A stretch of 64,000 bases of DNA, from NCBI GenBank assembly GCA_030704615.1, contig CM060731.1, positions 35,526,001 through 35,590,000 on the forward strand, read 5' to 3'. The position numbers and the translations under genes were made by a program. Positions 10,707-21,870 of the stretch are shown here, in pieces; position 1 is the first letter of the stretch; the number at the start of each line of letters is the position of its first letter. The stretch is from Takakia lepidozioides. Lineage: Eukaryota > Plantae > Bryophyta. Below the pieces are notes generated by a model. The model made no database searches, was not told the DNA's origin, and worked only from the letters and a program-made list of their open reading frames with translations.

Positions 10707-13700
10707 ATGTGTACTTGCAATGTTACGTGGTTTGACCTGGGAGGCTATGTTGGACGGACTGCTAATGCTTCAACGGACAACTCGTTCTGCAAAGTTGTCA
10801 ATTTCAGTAGTTTCGAAAGGTCACCTAATTGCAAGGCATCGTTTTCCCAGGGAAGTCATGATGATTTAGTATCCACGTCTCTGTCAAGCGCAGGAGTAGG
10901 TTTTACTTCAGTTAATAGAGCACCGTCATCACTACCCGAGCTGATATCGGGTATCAGGGAACATGTGATCACCAGAAAACAGAGCAATGAAAGGTGGAGA
11001 AAAGGGAAACTGAAAACACAGGGTCATGGCCGAATGGTGCAGTGTGTTGGCATCTCAGGCACTGAACCTACATCAAAGAGGGAAAGCAGAGATCGTATTT
11101 TTGATGTGGAAGATCCCAGGGGGTTCAGGGTTGCAAGGAGGGGGAAGTATGATGTAAACATGGCATGGGAGTTACTCCGCCAGGATGTTTTGTACTTGGA
11201 TTGGAAGGCACGACATGATGTTTTTGCGATTGTGGCCGCACACGAGAAGGTTGGATTTTTTAATCCTAGATTGACAGCGGTATAGTATCGTGTCAGGCTC
11301 TGTGACTTTCTTCAGTTGCATGCATGTACATGAATCTCACTTGTGCGCATATCTTCTTCTTCTTCCCACCCCCTCTCTCGCCCTCTTACGGTAGTCCTGT
11401 TTTGAGAATTGCGGTTTGGTGATTCAAACGACCGTGGGGTCAGGTGGTCGAAGTGCTGAATCCCTTGGCTCGAGATCAAAAATCAGTGGACACCATGCGG
11501 TCTCAATTAGCTGAGTTGCAGTCAGAACTATCCAAAGCTCATGCCCAGGTATTTCTTGGACCGTGACTGTCTCATTTTGATGCAGGCAATCCCTGTGTGT
11601 GGGTGGTCCATATCAATACAAAAATTGCATATGTAAGCTCCTGGGCATTCTGGTCATTGTTCTGCCTCACAAAAGAGCTTCCCAATGTGAGATTGCACCT
11701 AAGCTATTGCCACTGCATTTCGCACTGGTACTTCCCAGTTGATTGGCTTGGCTGGCAGAAAGGTGAGACAACCTTTAGGACAAGCTCAGTAGGATTTTTG
11801 TCATTGTGGGCATCTGACAACTGTATCCTCATGTTGTTGCTGAGACTTGTTGGAGTCTGTAGAGATTACTTTAACAGGTGATTGACACTTGCAATAGATA
11901 GGGGCCTGCCATGTTCTGGTGGAATTTCCCCCTTTTACCTTGTTGGTGGTAACACAATAGTCCCAGCTTAAAAACCTTTCAAATTTCTGATTAGCTATGA
12001 TATAGTCATGATGTTATGACCGAGTGTATGTGTGTCAGGTTCATCTCTCTGAGGCTAGAGTGGAGCATACCTTGCAGAAGTTGGCTGAAATGGAAACTAT
12101 AGTTCATGACAATCTCCTTCGCCACAAGGTTCCAGAGAGGGTGATAGTGGCACCAAGTAAAATGTCAGCTATGCATGAAATTGTCACTGGTACAGTTGAG
12201 GATCTACAAGCCCCTGAATCAGCAGCTGGCCGATCCGGGGGAAAATTGCTTGACGTCTCTGGTCCTGTGGGATCTTACCCTGCAATGCTTAAAAATTTTT
12301 GGTACCCAGTCGCTTTTTCTGATGACATCGATGCCAACACCATGGTGCGTGCACCCATGAAATCTGTGCTAGGGTCGACAGTCTTTCTACACCTTGAAGA
12401 AAATGCATGTTCTAGGACTTCTTCAAACAAAGTGAAAACAGTCTGTTCTATGTTGCGGTTTGTTATGAAATACCTTGGTCATTTTATGAGGTCGTTTATG
12501 ATATCATAAAAAATCAGGTCATGAGCAATCCTTCCAGAAACATAGGCAACTTTTAATCTCCTTTCGTGAATGGGTGGGTGGAATATTCATTAGAAATGTG
12601 CTTCTCTCAATCATATCTGTGATGTAGGCAGGGTGGCAGCTCACCTCGCCTTTTCAATTCCAAAGTATGTTACCAAGAATGTTTAAAGTTTAATTGCAGG
12701 TCAAGGCAATGACCAAATTTTGTGTCATTTTCAAGTCTTCGATCATGGGAGCTAGGAGACCTGTCCTCTTCTTATTTGAACTGGCTCATTTGGCAGGTGC
12801 CCATTGATACTTTTGAGGAGGCATGGGTCATTTTTCGCGGGAAAGATGGTCGGCCAGGTTGTGTGCGAGATCAGTGTGCACACAGGGCTTGTCCCCTGTC
12901 CCTTGGAAAAGTCCAGGATGGTCGAATTCAGTGTCCATACCACGGTGAATATTAACCCTGTATCTGAGCTCATGTTCTGTTACAGTCTGGAGCAGATAGT
13001 GCCATGAGGCAGCATAGATGTGATATGACGATTGTCTGAATCAACTAGCCAGCCTACTTCTCTTCGAAGCTTACGTATATCATTATTGGTTGGCCAGTGA
13101 CAAATCTCTCAATTCAAGATTATGAGCTTGTTAAGCAGCAATAACAGACAAGGCCTACCTTCAGTGGTGGATTGAGCTATTGGTTAGATATGCTTCTTAC
13201 CAACATCAAGAAAGGCGCTAGGTGAGATTGAGAAACTTGAACGATGAAGCTCCACTTTGATGTTTATTTGGGTGGGCAGGGTGGGAGTATGGAACCAACG
13301 GGAGGTGTGAGAAGATGCCGTCAACAAGGCAAGTAAGCGCAAGTCTACAATCACTGCCCTGCATTGAGCAGGATGGAATGGTGTGGATATGGCCTGGCAG
13401 TGCAGTGCCAGCGACTACCCTACCCTCTTTAATGCCTCCTGATGGCTATACCATCCATGCCCAGGTGGGATAATGCTCAATTTATGTCTCTTGATTCCAT
13501 ATGGGGTCTGTGGCCACAAGGCTAGGGCAAACAACATGTAATGAGTACATTCTCTTGATTCCATATGCAAGTTGATAGGGCATTTATAGCTTCTTTGCTC
13601 GGACATTAAACAGAGCAAAATACCAGAATATGGCTAGCAGTGTGACCAGATGTATAAGGCTACTTTTGTGGTTCCAGTACTGATTTTTCTTGTACGTCTG

Positions 13701-15105
13701 TTCAGATTATCTTAGAACTACCCGTTGAGCATGGCTTATTGGTGGAGAACCTGCTGGATTTGGCACATGCGCCATTCACACATACCACCACCTTTGCCAA
13801 GGGCTGGAAAGTTCCTAGGTTGGTTGATTCATCTTCCTTCGTGGGATAATTATCTGAGCCTGTAGCTTGTGACATCTCACTGCAGCGGACAAAAAACATG
13901 CAGGCATAATATGGTCACCATGTCAAAGTGTATGGAGTTCTTTATGCGTCTCTCCATGAAAGAAGAGTTCTTTATACTTCATCAATCTGGAATGTATGTC
14001 CAGGTACTTAAGCTTTGTTGCTCAATATAGGTTATGCAGGCATTGCGGCCAATGGTAGACTCCTACTGTATGTTGGTCCAGTCATGGCGAATGACATGGT
14101 GGACCCAGGTTGTCATTGAAACTCATAAATTAATTTTGCTCATGAAGTGTTATCACCCGTATGTGTGCGCAGCATGGTGAAATTCAGGACTCCATTTGCA
14201 GCATTGCAAGGCACTTGGGATCCTTATCCCATAGCCATGGAGTTTCTACCCCCATGCATGGTCCTTTCCACTATAGGGTTGGAGAAGCCTGGTAAACTGG
14301 ATGGCTCCTCTGTAGAGCTGTGTGCTTCACACCTGCATCAGCTGCACGTGTGCATGCCATCATCTCCAGGGAAAACACGGTTGTTATATCGCATGGCTCT
14401 GGATTTTGCCCCTTTTCTCAAACACGTCCCATTCATCAAATATTTGTGGCAACATCTTGCCAACAAGGTCAGGACCTTTCTCTACTTCTGGTTTGTTGTT
14501 CAACCTATTATGGAATTGGTGGGTTCTGTAATGCGGGCTACGTTATTTGAACCATATTTTGGATTTGAAGAGCAATAGTCAGCCTGCTTGAAGTGTCACA
14601 GGGAATCCAGCTAGGAACTTTCACTTGCTATCAGCCAAATTCCAAGAAGAGCGGGCGAGGATTGTGGTAAAATTTTAATCATGCCAGACTATTGACAGTG
14701 TGACAGTTTCAGAGAAATGTTGGTTGTAGGCATGGAAATTGGGACTATCTTACTTCTCGTTATCAATAGTAACTGTAGTCCATGATACAGTCAAATTAAA
14801 AATTCTTTTATACAAGAGCCAGTGCACTAGCATCACTATGGACTTGGGCACTGCGAGAGGATGTATCAAGATGACCAGAGGGTCTGAGGGCGTGTAGGAG
14901 GTCTTACAAAATGGGGTTATGAATCTGTGCACAGGTTTTGGGTGAAGATTTGAGGCTTGTTGAGGGGCAGCAGAATCGGATGCAGCGGGGTGCCAACGTG
15001 TGGAACCTGCCTGTTGCTTATGACAAACTTGGGGTCCGGTACCGGAGATGGAGAAATGCAGTGGAGGCTGGGGAGGAGAGAATCCCATTCAGTACACACC
15101 AATAG
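10707..15105 (+). CDS. CAO: Chlorophyllide a oxygenase (chlorophyll b synthase). Exons approx 10707?-11249, 11444-11548, 12039-12344, 12797-12944, 13280-13464, 13706-13818, 14173-14467, 14935-15105
   Basis: A-domain [23 protein letters not shown], Rieske [16 protein letters not shown], mononuclear Fe site [18 protein letters not shown]-terminus [26 protein letters not shown] junctions are phase-consistent. The start codon is uncertain. Confidence 0.95.
13504..13550 (+). mobile_element. 47-bp 3' tip of the RTEX-like LINE in a CAO intron with 17-bp TSD
   Basis: gggtctgtggccacaaggctagggcaaacaacatgtaatgagtacat matches the 3' end of the element at 3225-3940. The TSD tctcttgattccatatg is at 13487-13503 and 13551-13567. 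Confidence 0.85.
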
Positions 15106-15995
15106 ATAGATGGGCTGATTGAACTTCAAAAAAGTTTGTCTTGTCTCACCCAATGCAATCACTCAGAAGATGGACACATGTCCCTCTGATGTGAATGTCT
15201 CACTTGTCCATGGTTTCATCTATCTTAATTTCTGAATGGTCTTAGCAAGTGCTCAAGAGTCAGTTTGGTTGAGTGTGGTTCTGTCTAGATGAACACTGCC
15301 CTGGGGCAGGTTTCTTTGCCGCTGGACAAGCAGCCGCAAACAGGCCGGCAGCAAGCCTGTGCAGCAAATGTACCATGTGTTGGAGTGAGAAAGGGCCAGC
15401 AACGGCTGTTAGTAAATTTTCACATTGCATGAAGTGGACAAGTATGGTCACTTCAAAGATTTTGGCAACTGCAACTGTGAAACAAATTGCTCATGGATTG
15501 GTGTCTTTATCATCTTCCCAAGGGTTGGGTGTGGCACAAATTTCCTGTACGCACCTCAATTCATCCTGCACTTTACCACTTTGCAAGGATAAGTAGTGCA
15601 CTGTGCAGAGATGGAAGCCCTCTCACTCCACCCAAATTTTTGAACATAGCAGAGCAACTCAATGAATTTGATATTCATTCATAAATCTATAGCACGGTGT
15701 GCATGTGCCTTGCACACCGTCTTGGAGACCTGCAGGGATTCACATGCCTCGTACAGAGGCCCTGAGATGTGCCAAGCTACCCGGTCAGTCGAACCAGGAA
15801 ACACATACTGAATCTAATTGAGCAGATCGGACTTAAAATACACTAGAAGAATTTGGTGGATCTACCGACCATGCCTAAGAATGGACAAAGATCAATTGTT
15901 GAACAGGCTGTTCCAGTACATCTGCCAACCAGGTTGCGACCTTGTTTGTGTGGGACAGCCTCACTTATTGTGGAGAAAATTTGAGAGTAGCCGCT

Positions 15996-18845
15996 TCAGT
16001 TCTTCTTGTCTGTGGTCAGATCCCCGACTGGAACATACTCTTTCTTGCCGCGCTGTATCCTTCCTAACAAACATAGGACCAGGAATGCAAGGCTGTAGTA
16101 TCCATAGAATATTCCGCTGGTGTGCGGAGCCTTCCCAGCCATGGCTCTATGGAACACTGTCACATAATAGTGAAGGCTGACCAGTACTGCCACTGCCAAT
16201 TGCAAGGATGCTGACACCTTGGCAAATATAGATCCTGCTGAGCAAGCAATAATGACATCAGCAATCTGCAGCACCAGGTATACCATGTAGCCTAGTGCTT
16301 GGAGCAGCTGCAAAACAACGTAATTTGATTGTGAATACTTGAAGAAGAACGCCATCGGTTCAGCCCCCAATGCGAACGATGAGAGTAGGAGAATCCCGAA
16401 ATATGCAGCCAGGTAGATGTTCACAAACAGAAGCACTTTCTGCAGTGGCAGGATTGCGCGCATCCGCTCACACAAGAACACCACCAGTGCTAGAGGGAGC
16501 AACAGAAGGCCATAGGATACCACAGATGCAACAATTGGTGCATAAGGCTTCCCGATTAAGGGCAAGAAACTGTCAGTTATCTTTTGATTCATCTGATCAA
16601 TGGCCATCTTTGATTGGCCAGAGAGAGCTCTAACTTGAGGCATAACGTGGCCTGCTACATGCCCAGCCGTTTCTTGAAACTTTGATGGTAGGCTTGTGAC
16701 CATGGAGGTAAAATCACCATAACCCTCATCATCCAAGTCCAAGTCTGCTGTTGCATCGAGGTCTTCTCCTTCGATGCTTTTACCATCCTTCTCTTTTGTT
16801 AACGGTGGCTGCTGTGCTTCTTCAAAGGTCTTTGTGTTATCCATGATCCCTGAATTGCCTATTGCACCACTTTCACGTGTTGCCTTTTTTCCATTCATAT
16901 TCTCCTCCCTCTCAACCATTTTTCCCTCCATGCTTTCTGGTTTGTCCTCTGATCTCCCCTCCTCAGCAGAGTTGACCTCATCTGCGGCCTCCTTTTCTTT
17001 TCCTTCCTCAACAAATTTTGCACCAACTTTCTTCACTGGCATCATGCTTTTATTGTCAGGCTTTACCTCCTCTTGCTTCCGTTCTGCCTTGCTTGCTTCG
17101 TCTGATGTGGTCTCCACTTTCTTGGTTCTCAATATGCCATTGTCATCGGATTCCAAGTTGTCTTTGTCCTCTTCCATTTTTTTGTCCATAAATTTGGTGT
17201 CTTCTTTCCTCGTCCTCTTGCTTTTGTTTGCATCTATGGGTCGTATTTTCTTTGCTGGTGTTCTGCTTTTGCCATCAGATTTGGATTCCATATTCTTCTC
17301 AAGCTTGCCTTCGTCCAGTTTCTCATTCCCCTCTTTCGTGATCTTATCGATGGCTTCATGTTCCCGTGTCATATTTTCTGCCTTTTTTCTGATGCTGAGT
17401 TTGGACCCCTCTTGCTTCGACTTCGGCTTGGGCATTTTGATTGATTCAGACCCTCCTTCTATCTTGTTTTCACCCTCATCTTCGGACTCTTCACTCTTCC
17501 CAGGCTTGCCTCCATCCTCAGATGTCAAATCCTCTTTGTTCTCTTCCATCTTGATTTTGGCAGTGGTCTCTGTCTTTGTGACCATGATACTTTTGTTGCC
17601 AAATTTGGACCCTTTTTTCTTAGGCTCCATCTTTCGTTCATCATCTAACAGGGACTCTCCTGCTTCGGTCTGGCTTTCACCATCTGCTTCAGACTCATTA
17701 TTCTCTTCAGTCTTGCTGTTGCCATCAGTTTCAGACTCCTTTTTCTCTTCAGTCTTGGCTTTGTCGTCAGACAGGCCTTCCACTTTGATTTTGTTGGCGG
17801 GTCTGGATGCTTCTTTCTTCGTTTCCCTCTTGCTTTCGATGTCAGATGTGGACCTGTCTCTCTTGGACTCTATGTTGCTTTTTTTGTCCAATATTGACGA
17901 CTCCTGTTCTGCCCTGTTTTCGCCATCATCTTCCGACTCCTCTCTTTTCTGTTCAGTTTCATCCTCAGAAATTATTTCACTTTTCTTCTTCTCTGCCATA
18001 TTGATTATGTCGGTCGCTTTGAATTCCGTTTTCTTCTTTTCAGTCTCAGTTTTGTTGCCAGTTTTGGACCCATATCTCCTCAGCCGTGTCTTGTGTTTTT
18101 CATTGAATGTGGAATCCTCATCTTCCGTCCTGCTTTCACCTTCAGCTTTGGACTCCTCAATCTTCTCTTCAGACTCCAATATCTTGCTTTTGCTGTCAAA
18201 CTTGGACCTCTCCTTCTTTGCCCCATTTTTGTGAGTGTGGTCAGATATGGAGAATTCATCTTCCGTCTTGCGTTCTGCATCAACTTCAGAATCCTCATCT
18301 TCCTCTTCAGTCTTCCCCATGTTGTCCAATTTCAACTTTGTGAGAGGTCTCACCTCATCTTTCTTCACTCCGGACTTGCCTTTCTGGTTAAATTCGGACT
18401 TTTCTTTCCTGACTGCATCTTCCTCCATTTTCACTGCTTTTGTCCCGTCACCTTTGGCAGTGTCCCCTTTCTTGTCACCATCCTGTGCTTTGGCTTCTAG
18501 CATCTTCTCCTTGACCTGTTCTGTCTTTTTATTCTCCTCCTCAGTCTCAGTGATTGTGGTTTCCTCAAGAGTAGTATCAAGGTCATCCTTGTCCTCACTC
18601 TCTGTCACTTCTAAAAGAGATCGCCAATGACCATCATGCGGCTGCTCGATAGACTTTGAAAACAAAGTGATGACATCCTTCCCATCCTGTACCCCCTGCT
18701 TTACCACCACCTTGAATGTGCCAACTCCCTTTGTACCTTCCACTTCAAATGGTCCATATCTTCGGGGGTTGGTTTCCCCACAACAGAGGCATGCACCCAA
18801 GAGAAGGACAAGGAGAAAGATGGTGGCCGATAATTGGGACTCCAT
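15996..18845 (-). CDS. Intronless membrane protein of the At4g39840 (cell wall integrity/stress response component-like) family with a long Lys/Glu-rich extracellular region
   Basis: Open frame of about 950 aa. Signal peptide MESQLSATIFLLVLLLGACLCC; conserved C-terminal multi-TM domain (LPSKFQ..KITDSFLPLIGKPYAP..LQKVLLFVNIYLAAYF..LHYYVTVFHR..KKEY..DKKN). ATG at 18845 is preferred over upstream candidates because it directly precedes the signal peptide. Confidence 0.85.
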   Translation of the reverse strand: MESQLSATIFLLVLLLGACLCCGETNPRRYGPFEVEGTKGVGTFKVVVKQGVQDGKDVITLFSKSIEQPHDGHWRSLLEVTESEDKDDLDTTLEETTITETEEENKKTEQVKEKMLEAKAQDGDKKGDTAKGDGTKAVKMEEDAVRKEKSEFNQKGKSGVKKDEVRPLTKLKLDNMGKTEEEDEDSEVDAERKTEDEFSISDHTHKNGAKKERSKFDSKSKILESEEKIEESKAEGESRTEDEDSTFNEKHKTRLRRYGSKTGNKTETEKKKTEFKATDIINMAEKKKSEIISEDETEQKREESEDDGENRAEQESSILDKKSNIESKRDRSTSDIESKRETKKEASRPANKIKVEGLSDDKAKTEEKKESETDGNSKTEENNESEADGESQTEAGESLLDDERKMEPKKKGSKFGNKSIMVTKTETTAKIKMEENKEDLTSEDGGKPGKSEESEDEGENKIEGGSESIKMPKPKSKQEGSKLSIRKKAENMTREHEAIDKITKEGNEKLDEGKLEKNMESKSDGKSRTPAKKIRPIDANKSKRTRKEDTKFMDKKMEEDKDNLESDDNGILRTKKVETTSDEASKAERKQEEVKPDNKSMMPVKKVGAKFVEEGKEKEAADEVNSAEEGRSEDKPESMEGKMVEREENMNGKKATRESGAIGNSGIMDNTKTFEEAQQPPLTKEKDGKSIEGEDLDATADLDLDDEGYGDFTSMVTSLPSKFQETAGHVAGHVMPQVRALSGQSKMAIDQMNQKITDSFLPLIGKPYAPIVASVVSYGLLLLPLALVVFLCERMRAILPLQKVLLFVNIYLAAYFGILLLSSFALGAEPMAFFFKYSQSNYVVLQLLQALGYMVYLVLQIADVIIACSAGSIFAKVSASLQLAVAVLVSLHYYVTVFHRAMAGKAPHTSGIFYGYYSLAFLVLCLLGRIQRGKKEYVPVGDLTTDKKN

Positions 18846-21581
18846 GCTCAATAAATATGATCTGGAAATGTTGAAACAGATGTTGTGAGACATTTTGGCT
18901 AGCTGGGGGGACCCAAGTGGATGATCCAACAAGTTAACTACTTAGAAATTAAGTATTGCTGAGGGGCTCCTGGCACGGCATACATCTGAGGACCCTACCT
19001 AGCAAACACCTACCACCAGCCAGATCTCATGATTCCGTTACAGATCCAACTTAAAGCTACAAACTGCAGGCATATGTGTGGAAATTGAGGCATTGCTTGA
19101 AGGTTAGTGTGAGCTTACAGAGCTTTACAAGGGAAGATCTTTCCAGTTGACTACACCAATTGATCACCTACAGCCAAGGATCACCCTCCTCATGGCTGGA
19201 TGCCTCTCCTACACCTGGAACATACATAAATTACTTGCTTTGGATATGAAGCAGCAAAGAATGTACCTAAAAGACAGTGGGTAAAGACAATAGACTTTGC
19301 AGCATAAATGTACAGGTGGCTGCTTTAACCTTAAGAAGATAAGGAATGAGGCTCTTAGGTTTGAAAACTCCTGCTAACCATTCTAGTGCACCCAAATAAC
19401 TTGCATCCCAAAAATGTGGGTGAAGAAAGGAAAGTCAAATCGCACCATTTCTGTAATAAGGAACAAATATTGTGCCGTGGGAGGACACTCTTAAGCATCA
19501 ATCATATGAAGATCTTCACTTGGAAGACTTAGAAGTTGCATCTCAGTAATATGAAAAATCTCCAGCAAGTGATTTTTGAGAGTTCATGCCAAGTTAGCTG
19601 ACCTAAATCATAAAGAAAGAGACCTCCCAACATATCGGAATACTGCATGGAAGACTCCACAGCAATCCCACAAAGCCCTCGTTAGAATTGGGCCCCTGAT
19701 TACAAGACACTGCCCATCGATGAGAATCTCTGACGGTTAAAGGTTCAATAATGAGATTTAAGAAGCTCCAAGAATGATTGGAAATTTCTGAAAAGGTGCC
19801 CAACAAGATATTCAAGGAAAGATGCTGTGGTTAGGTTTAAATGATAGAGCCCAACTCCCAAAGGGGGTAGTACCTGTAAGGGAAGGAAGAGGCTATTATT
19901 TAAGCTGATTTGGGTAGGCTTCATTTCTCCCTCCAAGGAAAGGAATCCTCTTCTCATCCGTTGACTGTTTTAAATTCAAAACAAATCTTAGTCTATACCC
20001 AAGAAGCTATTGTACTATTATCATTGTTGTTGTGAAGTCACTGAGGACGCCCTGAAGGTCCAGCAGCCAGAGCAGAATGACAAGCAGCAGAAGGGATGCA
20101 ATGTTCAATGTTCCATGTTCTAGTCTTGTTCTGGTGAGATGTCTCAGAATGTGACTTCTCTCAGAATATCGAAGTTTGGGAGGACACAATTTTCACTTTG
20201 AGTGCTGAAGTACTCTTGGATGTCAATAATCCAACAGCTAATGCTAGATCTTACACATAAATAATGTGCGCCTCTGGTAACAGTAACTTCCCATCAAGCC
20301 GAAAAAAAACTGTTGCTAACCACAGCAGAGCTCGGGCTGTGTGTGCTACTTGGGTTTTTTTGTAAAATAACAGAAAAATGGGACAGCTGCTGGGACCATT
20401 GTTGGCACCCTCTTTACTTTGTCCCGGGTGTATCATTCAAGAAGGTGAGGACTTTATATCAGAATAAGATAGCCTACCGTCCATTTGCTAAGCTACATAG
20501 ACCACTCCAACATGCTCATCCTCAAGAATTCTCTTAAGGATTTACAAGCAGAAGACGGCCAAGAAATGGTTGCTAATAGTTGAGGTGCAATGCTGGCAAG
20601 CCTACAATGGAATACAGAAACTCTCTCTCCGTCTGAGCTAGGGAAACGGTAGGTGGCAAGACATAACGTCTCAGGCTCTCAGAGAGATTAAAATGGCGAT
20701 CCGTGCCTGTGACGATGCACTAATGCAGTAAGACTGAAGCCTCAGCTAAGAAAATAGAGGGCTTTCCGGTCTCAACATTACAACTGACATAGAAAGGAAG
20801 AGTAACGGTATTTGTTCAAAGAAACCAGCAAAATGTGGCCAGATCCAAAGACAGAAGGTAGCAGCACTGATCACCTCAGAGATCCGAACTCGACGAGCTT
20901 GAGGGTGTCTTTCTTTCAGCGCAAAATCCACCTTCTAAATCCTGGTCCACAACTAAAAGCATCCACCAAGTGGCCCTCTCAAACACCAGATGCTGAGTCT
21001 ACAATGCTTCTTTTCCCAACAACGACCCCACGAATCACACCTCCTCCATCATCAAGCAGGCAAAGTTGCGTCCGGATTCTTTTAACTAAGAATCTCACAA
21101 TCGTCAATTGGATGATCTGTTGCGGAGGAACAAGATCCACCGTGCCGAGTACCACAATATCAAGTTTAAAAATAAGAATAGAAACAGCACTCCAAGATGT
21201 GATAAAAAAAAAGAAGCCTCACTGCTTCAGGAGACCGGACGAAAAACCAGCAACAATTTGTAGAATGCCTTTACTATAGTTCACCTTTATCTCTGCACCA
21301 TCATCCCTGTCCACAGAATGCGAAAACACTCGGAGAACAGGCCCGCATTGGAGAAGCGAGTCCCTCCCTGGGCCTCGCTATGTGCTCGCTAGTAACTCAG
21401 CCCCATTATTGAGCAGCCCGTCAAAAGCTCCGGCAGTTGGCAGACCGTTCTTTCCATCCCCCCACCCGATGAATCAGTCGGCACATTCATCCGCTTCCCA
21501 ATTCGGAAGCCCGCCCGACCCACTGAAACTCCGGCTCCCCGGAACAGCGGGCCCAACTCCCGCGATGTGCCTGCGTCACCC

Positions 21582-21729
21582 AATTCATGCGTCGTGTGCG
21601 AATGAGAATATATTCAAACAGATTCCTGATCCTGATTCTCTATTCTTCCGTTCCCGAATTCATGCGTCGGGTGCGCATGAGACTATTCAAACAGATGCCT
21701 GATCCTGATTCTCCATTCGTCCGTTCCGG
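21582..21729. repeat. Two tandem copies of an approx 74-bp unit upstream of the 21871 gene
   Basis: aattcatgcgtcg(t/g)gtgcg..tattcaaacagat(t/g)cctgatcctgattctc..ccgttcc repeats at 21582 and 21657. Confidence 0.85.
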
Positions 21730-21870
21730 AAAGTGAGGTTTCCCGCCATGGTTGCACGGGAGGCCTATCTTGTTTCCTTGGCCTCCACAGCTTCGTGTGT
21801 GTGTGAGAGCACACACACACACGAAGCAAGCTTGGGGTTTAAGAGGATACAGTAGGGAGAGTTGGAAGGT

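Noticed and set aside
16774-18630. 486-aa and 131-aa antisense Ser/Leu/Phe-rich ORFs
   Set aside because: Expected mirror of Lys/Glu-rich codons on the opposite strand.
19350-19960. Possible ancient L1 RT remnant
   Set aside because: Only faint motif resemblance; cannot be supported without a search.
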